From sequence record SRR9188676_970: a stretch of DNA of 42,607 bases. One strand, 5' to 3'. Positions within the stretch are counted from its first letter, which is position 1. Every line of letters starts with the position of its first letter. Positions 36,090-42,607 of the stretch are shown here, piece by piece. The notes under the pieces are model-generated. The model saw nothing but the letters and a program-made list of their open reading frames with translations, did no database searches and was not told where the DNA came from. A program made the position numbers and the translations under genes.

Positions 36090-37097
36090 TTATTGTAATT
36101 TTCTATCTTCCATTTCAAATACTCCAGTTTTTGAAATAATATCATGGAGTTTGTATCCGAGAATGAAGGCAATGCTTTCAAAGGGTATAAGCCGTGATAG
36201 TGTTCTCTGAATAATATTGTTGAACGATGGTTTTTTATAATCGTTGTTTAAGATTCCAGTTTCAAGTAATATTTTGGCAGGAGTGGTATTAAAAGAAAGT
36301 TCATGAATTAAGTAATAGAAGAAAGTAGCAAACGAATTATATAAAATGACAGAAATTTTTTGATATTCAATCAAAAAATCTTGATTCTTGGAAAGAATTA
36401 TCATCAACAAAAAATATATGGAAAGCTTCCACCCGTAAATAACAATCAAGATCATTTCAATTATTCTCCCTAATATTCTTTTTTCTAGAGATGCTTCTTT
36501 GAATTTATTGTTCTCAGTTTTAAATGTTTTCTTAGCTAATAAGAACTTGACTATGAAGTATAAGAATGTCAGATAAAAAGAATTTATTATTGTCCAACGT
36601 AGTAAATATAAAGTCTCCAAATCTTCGATATTATGGTATAGGTTTAACCCAGTGAAGTTATCATAGACAAGCCTAACATTCAAAAAATAATTTACAATAA
36701 CAAATACTAGATTTGTGAAATAAGAAAAAAAGGAAAGCGATAGAACAAATGTTAGAATAGTTATTTTATCTTTTTTTAGGTACTGCAAAGTTCCAACCAG
36801 TAGCAATATCCATAGAATTATGAAATAACAATGTGGTGAATATCTCATATATAGGTCATCAACAGGTACATTGAAATAAGCAGACTTATATATTGTGTCA
36901 AATTTGAAAGAATCGCCAAATGGTATTTGAGGGAAAAAGCCAAGTATAAAAGAAATAATCTTAAAAATGCTACTTTCAACAATAGTTCGCATTTTATCTT
37001 GATTCCACTCAGATAAAATCGATTCTAATTGACCAATTGAGCCAATTGTTAACATAGCAGTAGAATAAGTAAGAACTATATTTTTTGAAAGTTTCAT
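36090..37097 (-). CDS. Membrane protein with a C-terminal RDD domain
   Basis: ASLEKRILGRIIE, YYLIHE...TPAK, RTLSRLIPFE, LHDIISKTGV. Confidence 0.7.
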   Translation of the reverse strand: MKLSKNIVLTYSTAMLTIGSIGQLESILSEWNQDKMRTIVESSIFKIISFILGFFPQIPFGDSFKFDTIYKSAYFNVPVDDLYMRYSPHCYFIILWILLLVGTLQYLKKDKITILTFVLSLSFFSYFTNLVFVIVNYFLNVRLVYDNFTGLNLYHNIEDLETLYLLRWTIINSFYLTFLYFIVKFLLAKKTFKTENNKFKEASLEKRILGRIIEMILIVIYGWKLSIYFLLMIILSKNQDFLIEYQKISVILYNSFATFFYYLIHELSFNTTPAKILLETGILNNDYKKPSFNNIIQRTLSRLIPFESIAFILGYKLHDIISKTGVFEMEDRKLQ

Positions 37098-37145
37098 TTT
37101 TATAGTTTAGAGAATTTTTTCACGTTTTATTAGAATGCCATCATA

Positions 37146-37194
37146 AAAAAACAGCAAAAAGACATTTCAACAAATAATATCATTTTGCTGTTTT
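37146..37194 (-). terminator. Probable terminator of galE-rfbB-rfbA
   Basis: aaaacagcaaaa / ttttgctgtttt with an A-run on the left. Confidence 0.55.
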
Positions 37195-37235
37195 GATTAA
37201 GCTAATCATCTGAAAGATTTTAAATTATTATACTT

Positions 37236-38096
37236 TTATTTCAACAAACCCAAAAGATACTTACCATATCCACTTTTTACCAGTGGTTCTGCTACTTTTC
37301 TGAGTTGCTCTTCATCAATGAATCCCATTCTGTAAGCTACTTCTTCAATACAACCTACTTTCAATCCTTGTCTTTCTTCAATGACTTGTACAAATTGTCC
37401 TGCTTGCATTAAAGAAACAAAGGTTCCAGTATCTAACCAAGCTGTTCCTCTGTTCAATACACCAACTTTTAGTTTTCCTTGTTTTAAATACTCTTTGTTT
37501 ACATCCGTGATTTCATATTCTCCTCTTGGTGAAGGTGCTATGTTTTTAGCAATTTCAACTACTGAATTATTATAGAAATACAAACCTGGTACTGCATAAT
37601 TAGATTTTGGTTCAACTGGCTTTTCTTCAATAGAAAGTACATTGAAATCTTCATCAAATTCTACTACTCCATATCTTTCTGGGTCATGGACTTGGTAAGC
37701 ATATACCACACCACCTTCTGGGTCGTTGTTAGATTGAAGTAATTTACTTAATCCACTTCCATAGAAAATATTATCTCCTAACACTAAGGCTACTTTATCA
37801 TCACCAATAAACTCTTCGCCAATAACAAAAGCCTGAGCTAATCCATTTGGTAAAGGTTGTTCTGCATATTCAAATCTACAACCCACTTGCGAACCATCTC
37901 CCAAAAGCTTTTTGAAATGCGGTAAATCGTGAGGAGTAGAAATAATTAAGATTTCTTTGATACCCGCCAACATCAGAATTGAAAGCGGATAGTAAATCAT
38001 TGGTTTGTCGTAAACAGGCATTAATTGTTTACTTACTGCTAAGGTTAGTGGATGAAGACGAGTCCCCGAACCACCAGCTAAAATAATTCCTTTCAT
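37236..38096 (-). CDS. rfbA: Glucose-1-phosphate thymidylyltransferase
   Basis: [56 protein letters not shown]. Confidence 0.97.
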   Translation of the reverse strand: MKGIILAGGSGTRLHPLTLAVSKQLMPVYDKPMIYYPLSILMLAGIKEILIISTPHDLPHFKKLLGDGSQVGCRFEYAEQPLPNGLAQAFVIGEEFIGDDKVALVLGDNIFYGSGLSKLLQSNNDPEGGVVYAYQVHDPERYGVVEFDEDFNVLSIEEKPVEPKSNYAVPGLYFYNNSVVEIAKNIAPSPRGEYEITDVNKEYLKQGKLKVGVLNRGTAWLDTGTFVSLMQAGQFVQVIEERQGLKVGCIEEVAYRMGFIDEEQLRKVAEPLVKSGYGKYLLGLLK

Positions 38097-38107
38097 TTTT
38101 TCTTGGT

Positions 38108-39166
38108 TTATCGGTTTGTGTACATTGAATCGTAATATTTCTGATAATTTCCCGAAGTAACATTATCAAGCCATTCTTGGTTGTTCAAAAACCAATCTAC
38201 GGTTTTCTCAAGTCCTTCTTCAAATTGCAAAGATGGTTTCCAACCTAATTCGTTCATGATTTTTGTAGCATCAATGGCGTATCTTAAATCATGTCCAGCA
38301 CGGTCAGTTACATAAGTAATTAACTGTTCAGAAGTACCTTCTGGTCTTCCAAGTTTACTGTCCATCGTTTTACAAACCAACATAACGATGTCTATATTTT
38401 TCCATTCGTTAAAACCTCCAATATTATAAGTTTCACCAAGTACTCCATTATGGAAAACTGTATCAATTGCTCTAGCATGGTCAACCACAAACAACCAATC
38501 TCTCACATTTTCACCTTTCCCATAAACAGGTAATGGTTTATTGTTCAAGATGTTGTGAATCATTAAAGGCAATAATTTCTCCGGGAAATGATTTGGACCG
38601 TAGTTATTAGAGCAGTTCGTAATCACTACTGGTAACTTATAAGTATTACCATAAGCTCTTACAAAGTGGTCAGAAGAAGCCTTTGAAGCAGAGTAAGGAG
38701 AACGAGGGTCATAAGGAGTTGTTTCTGTAAAGAAATCTTCTGGATTGTGTAACTCTCCATAAACCTCATCCGTAGAAACATGATAAAAACGCTTTCCTTC
38801 ATAACCAGATTCTTTCCAAGTATTTTTAGCAGCGTTCAATAAATTACAAGTACCTACAACATTGGTCATGACAAAAGCCATTGGTTCAGAGATAGAGCGG
38901 TCAACATGTGATTCAGCAGCTAAGTGAATAACCCCATCAAACTGATGTTCAGCAAATAAAGCGTCGATAAAACTAGCATCAACAATATCGCCTTTTACAA
39001 AAGTATAATTAGGTTGATTTTCAATATCTCTTAAATTCTCCAAATTCCCAGCATAAGTCAATTTATCCAAATTGAAAATTTGATAATCGGGATACTTTGT
39101 AACAAATAGTCTGACAACATGTGAGCCAATGAATCCTGCTCCACCCGTGATTAATAGTTTCTTCAT
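38108..39166 (-). CDS. rfbB: dTDP-glucose 4,6-dehydratase
   Basis: [54 protein letters not shown]. Confidence 0.97.
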   Translation of the reverse strand: MKKLLITGGAGFIGSHVVRLFVTKYPDYQIFNLDKLTYAGNLENLRDIENQPNYTFVKGDIVDASFIDALFAEHQFDGVIHLAAESHVDRSISEPMAFVMTNVVGTCNLLNAAKNTWKESGYEGKRFYHVSTDEVYGELHNPEDFFTETTPYDPRSPYSASKASSDHFVRAYGNTYKLPVVITNCSNNYGPNHFPEKLLPLMIHNILNNKPLPVYGKGENVRDWLFVVDHARAIDTVFHNGVLGETYNIGGFNEWKNIDIVMLVCKTMDSKLGRPEGTSEQLITYVTDRAGHDLRYAIDATKIMNELGWKPSLQFEEGLEKTVDWFLNNQEWLDNVTSGNYQKYYDSMYTNR

Positions 39167-39198
39167 AAACAAGTATTTTGTAAGTAAATGGTTATTCC

Positions 39199-40215
39199 TT
39201 ATTTTTCAATTAGCTTTTTCTGCCAGTTCCAAGCATCGCCTAAGGCATCTGTTAACGTTTTTTCAGTTTTCCAACCTAAAATTTCATTAGATTTTGTGCA
39301 ATCTGCATAAACAGCTACAACATCACCATCACGTCTTGGTTTGATACTATAATCAACTTTTAAACCAGTTGCAGCTTCAAAAGCATTGATTACATCCAAA
39401 ACTGAACTGCCTGTTCCTGTTCCAATATTGAAGAAATCATAATATTGTCCTTCTGGTTGTTTCAACAATAAATCCAGTGCTGAAACGTGTGCTTTTGCTA
39501 AATCAACAACATGAATATAGTCACGAACTGCAGTTCCATCTGGTGTTGGGTAATCATCGCCAAAAACTGCTAAAGCTCCTCTTAATCCTGCAACACTTTG
39601 AGTTAAGAAAGGTACAAGATTAGCTGGAACACCTAATGGTAATTCACCAATCAAAACACTTTCGTGAGCCCCAATTGGATTAAAGTATCTTAGTGAAATA
39701 GCATGAAAGTTCTTTTCACTTATCACCGTATCTTTAATGATTTCTTCGCAAACTTGTTTCGTGTTTCCGTAAGGAGACATTGCAGGTTGTACGGCTGAAT
39801 TTTCTGTTACTGGTAAAGTGTCGGGTTGACCGTAAACTGTACATGAAGAAGAAAAAACTAAGTTTTGCACACCATATTCCAACATTTTTTGAAGCATCAG
39901 AACTGTTGCTGAAATATTGTTTTTATAATATTTCAAAGGATTTGCTACCGATTCACCAACGGCTTTATTCGCAGCAAAGTGAATAATACCATCAATTTTT
40001 TGTTCAGTGAATAATGTATCCCATGTAGCTGCTTCAGAAATATCTCCTTCATACAAAGTAACTGATTGACCGATGATTGTTTCGATGCCAGTAATGGCAC
40101 TTTTTTCAGAGTTTGAAAAATTGTCAACTAGGACAGTTTCGTATCCAGCATTGTGAAGTTCAACTACTGTGTGAGACCCAATAAAGCCTGCACCACCTGT
40201 TACTAAAATTTTCAT
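39199..40215 (-). CDS. galE: UDP-glucose 4-epimerase
   Basis: [55 protein letters not shown]. Confidence 0.96.
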   Translation of the reverse strand: MKILVTGGAGFIGSHTVVELHNAGYETVLVDNFSNSEKSAITGIETIIGQSVTLYEGDISEAATWDTLFTEQKIDGIIHFAANKAVGESVANPLKYYKNNISATVLMLQKMLEYGVQNLVFSSSCTVYGQPDTLPVTENSAVQPAMSPYGNTKQVCEEIIKDTVISEKNFHAISLRYFNPIGAHESVLIGELPLGVPANLVPFLTQSVAGLRGALAVFGDDYPTPDGTAVRDYIHVVDLAKAHVSALDLLLKQPEGQYYDFFNIGTGTGSSVLDVINAFEAATGLKVDYSIKPRRDGDVVAVYADCTKSNEILGWKTEKTLTDALGDAWNWQKKLIEK

Positions 40216-40316
40216 ATTTTAAGTGAATCCAGAAAAAAGGAAGAGTTAAGTCAAGTTATTATCGCTTGTACAAAATATTCTGCACCAATTGATAATAAGT
40301 ATGAGGTTGTGAAAAA

Positions 40317-40324
40317 CAAATTTA
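40317..40324 (-). promoter_or_regulatory. -7 promoter element for the galE operon
   Basis: TAAATTTG on the minus strand, about 100 nt upstream. Confidence 0.5.
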
Positions 40325-40457
40325 GCATAAAGCCTTTCTAAAACAAAAAATATATAATTGCTTTTTAAATAAGAATTATCATTAAAAAAGAACCTGAAGC
40401 CCAAATTTGCACTTTTGAATAAGAAATGTTATTTTTAATCAATTTAAACGTGACAAT

Positions 40458-41294
40458 ATGAAGCAATCAGAAATTAAGGCTTTGGTTTCCTTATTAGAGG
40501 ACGATGATAACGAAGTATTAAATCTTGTAGAAAATAAAATTAGATCTTTGGGTGGGTCGGTAATTCCGTTTTTAGAAGACCGTTGGGAGGAATCTTCTTT
40601 GAGCCCTTATACCCAGAAAAAAATTGAAGATTTAATTCATGATTTACAATATGAAGCCTTTTTTTCAAGATTAGTTACTTGGAAAGAAAATGGTGCGGAA
40701 GATTTATTAGAGGGAATGTGGGCAATCGCTACTTATCAATATCCTGAGCTTTCTATTGAAAAACTACGTCAAGATTTACAACAGATTTATTATGAGGTTT
40801 GGTTAGAAATTAGGGACAATATGCACCCGATGGATCAAATCAAAACGCTAAATTCTGTGATTTTTGGGAAGTTGAAATTTGGTGCCAATACCAAACATTT
40901 TCACTCAGCTTCCAATTCAATGCTGAATGTAGTGATGGAATCAAAAAAAGGAAATCCAATTTCACTTTGTGTGATTTATTTATTGATTGCCCAAAAACTA
41001 AGATTACCTGTTTGGGGAGTAAATCTTCCTAATTTGTTTATTTTGACTTATAAATCTGAACAAATGCAATTTTATGTCAATGTTTTTAATAGAGGTTTAG
41101 TTTTTAGCAAAGTTGATATTGATAATTATATTTCACAATTGAATATAGCTCAAAACGACATTTTTTATCAACCTTGTAGTAATTTGGATATTATCAGACG
41201 AGTACTCAGAAACCTGACTTTAGCTTTTGAAAAAGTAGGAGATGATGATAAAGTGCAAGAAATCGAAAAAGCACTAAAAGAAATGATGAAGTAA
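40458..41294 (+). CDS. SirB1 / transglutaminase-like (Transglut_core2) protein
   Basis: ALVSLLEDDD, F.AN...FH...NS, KGNPISL..IY, GVNLPN.F, RRVLRNL. Confidence 0.8.
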   Translation: MKQSEIKALVSLLEDDDNEVLNLVENKIRSLGGSVIPFLEDRWEESSLSPYTQKKIEDLIHDLQYEAFFSRLVTWKENGAEDLLEGMWAIATYQYPELSIEKLRQDLQQIYYEVWLEIRDNMHPMDQIKTLNSVIFGKLKFGANTKHFHSASNSMLNVVMESKKGNPISLCVIYLLIAQKLRLPVWGVNLPNLFILTYKSEQMQFYVNVFNRGLVFSKVDIDNYISQLNIAQNDIFYQPCSNLDIIRRVLRNLTLAFEKVGDDDKVQEIEKALKEMMK

Positions 41295-41295
41295 A

Positions 41296-41331
41296 AATTT
41301 GTTGCTCAAACATTGATTTGAGCAACAAATT
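41296..41331. terminator. Hairpin between convergent genes
   Basis: 15-bp perfect inverted repeat aatttgttgctcaaa / tttgagcaacaaatt. Confidence 0.7.
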
Positions 41332-41420
41332 AAGTATTCTATTTAAAATAAATGGTATTGTGTATGAATACAAGTGCAGTACGTTGATATTCAAATTCAC
41401 AACTCACAATTAATCATTCT

Positions 41421-42056
41421 TTAAGTGACTGTCAATACATAATCATCAAAATAAATTACTAAAAGCTGGTGTTCTGTTTTTAGTTGACCTTCAATAAAGA
41501 TTTCGCCTTTTAACCTACTTGGCTTTTCTTCAAAAGGCTCAATGTAAATATTTTCTTTGAGGGATAAATTCTTTTTTCCATACCATTTATACAAACTTTC
41601 CTTTGCACACCAGTAAATACAAAGTTTTACTAAATCATTTTCTGAATGTTCAAGTTCAGAAGTACTCAGAAATTTGTGTGCAACTCTACTTAGCTTGTCT
41701 GAAATTCTTTCTAAATCAATTCCTACTTCTTCGTCTAAACTAATTACCACAGCAGCATACTCATTGGTATGCGTTAAAGAAATGTAGGCAGTATGATTAT
41801 TAATGAGATACGGGTTTTTGAATGAATCTTTACCAATACCGTGATAGTTTAAATCAAACAATTCCATTGTGTGTTTTGCACAAGTTCTGCTGGCTAACCA
41901 TTCTAATTGTTTGGTAGGATGGCTCACATTTGAAAGACTGATTAAGTCTTTTTCATTAATCCCAAGATACTCCAAATAGAATGAGATTGTCTCTTCAATT
42001 TTCCAAAGAGTTAATATACTTTTTTCAGAAATATTTTTACAAAAAATTATTGCCAT
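41421..42056 (-). CDS. 4'-phosphopantetheinyl transferase superfamily (Sfp-like)
   Basis: ISLTHT, VGIDLE, WCAKESLYK. Confidence 0.88.
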   Translation of the reverse strand: MAIIFCKNISEKSILTLWKIEETISFYLEYLGINEKDLISLSNVSHPTKQLEWLASRTCAKHTMELFDLNYHGIGKDSFKNPYLINNHTAYISLTHTNEYAAVVISLDEEVGIDLERISDKLSRVAHKFLSTSELEHSENDLVKLCIYWCAKESLYKWYGKKNLSLKENIYIEPFEEKPSRLKGEIFIEGQLKTEHQLLVIYFDDYVLTVT

Positions 42057-42181
42057 TTAACTATCCTGTAATTCAAAGCAATACAAACTCTTGAAGAGCT
42101 TAAGCAGCTTTGATTGTTGTCATTAGACGCAAAATAAACTATTTTTGCTTAAATAAAGATTTAAAATTTTAAACACTACTT

Positions 42182-42607
42182 ATGCAAGTTGATAGAATAG
42201 ATACATTTTCTGGTCATCGTGACTGTGTTTATACACTTGAAGGTAGTGCAGATGCTACAGAGTTTTTTTCGGCTGGTGGCGACGGACTTGTGGTAAGATG
42301 GAATTTACAAAAGCCAGATTTAGGAGAATTAATCGCACAAGTTCCTGCTTCTGTTTATGCAATTTGTTTGGATAAACAGAGAAATCAGCTTTGGGTAGGA
42401 CAGAATTTTGATGGCATTCATCTCATAGATGTTGTACACAAAAAAGAAATAAAATCTTTAAAAATTACTTCAGCTTCTATATTCGATATTAAAATACATG
42501 AAAACATAGCTTTAATCGGTTTATCTGATGGCATAATCGTTGTAATGGATGTCGATACTTTTAGTGTAAAAAAGCATTTAAAAGCTTCTGAAAAAAGTGT
42601 TAGAAGT
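42182..42607 (+). CDS. WD40-repeat protein, truncated at the right edge
   Basis: MQVDRIDTFSGHRDCVYTL...FFSAGGDGLVVRWNL, a GH...W WD40 pattern; open to the window end (not in the ORF track). Confidence 0.8.
   Translation, partial: MQVDRIDTFSGHRDCVYTLEGSADATEFFSAGGDGLVVRWNLQKPDLGELIAQVPASVYAICLDKQRNQLWVGQNFDGIHLIDVVHKKEIKSLKITSASIFDIKIHENIALIGLSDGIIVVMDVDTFSVKKHLKASEKSVRS

Noticed and set aside
868-41400. Many 60-130 aa ORFs overlapping larger genes (e.g. 5211-5543, 11630-11941, 21575-21907, 27663-28049, 35720-36016)
   Set aside because: Antisense or off-frame shadows of well-supported CDSs, with no recognisable motifs
41421-42056. NRPS/PKS cluster implied by an Sfp-type PPTase
   Set aside because: No carrier-protein or synthetase genes nearby; probably housekeeping ACP activation

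Overview
AT-rich, gene-dense core chromosome region of a Bacteroidota bacterium. TAnnTTTG -7 promoter elements, A-rich SD-less starts and gene content suggest Cytophagales (inference). It holds about 38 complete CDSs, two edge-truncated CDSs and tRNA-Glu(TTC). Functions include envelope biosynthesis (rfaD, lpxB, galE-rfbB-rfbA, a GT-C protein, rlpA-like), lipid and central metabolism (accA, plsC-like, pdhC), a scattered GlgE alpha-glucan pathway (maltokinase, glgB, glgE), pyrimidine genes (pyrF, pyrR-pyrB), clpS-recR, a Tat-like Mn-SOD, a 2OG-Fe(II) oxygenase and chrA. I saw no mobile element or CRISPR array. The most unusual signal is the 860-bp gene-free interval 19189-20048, which appears to hold two tandem non-coding units. 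One is a ~320-nt promoter-to-terminator RNA with a CCGCCA hairpin loop. The other is a ~225-nt RNA with four hairpins whose loops read YGGYGG, three of them TGGCGG, the exact complement of the first loop. Other oddities are matching 8-aa insertions in both PdhC lipoyl domains, an RlpA with Asn at the catalytic Asp, a lipoprotein with GH56/GH18-like motifs, and a PTPS-II-type 'QueD'. All calls are by eye; no searches or folding were run.
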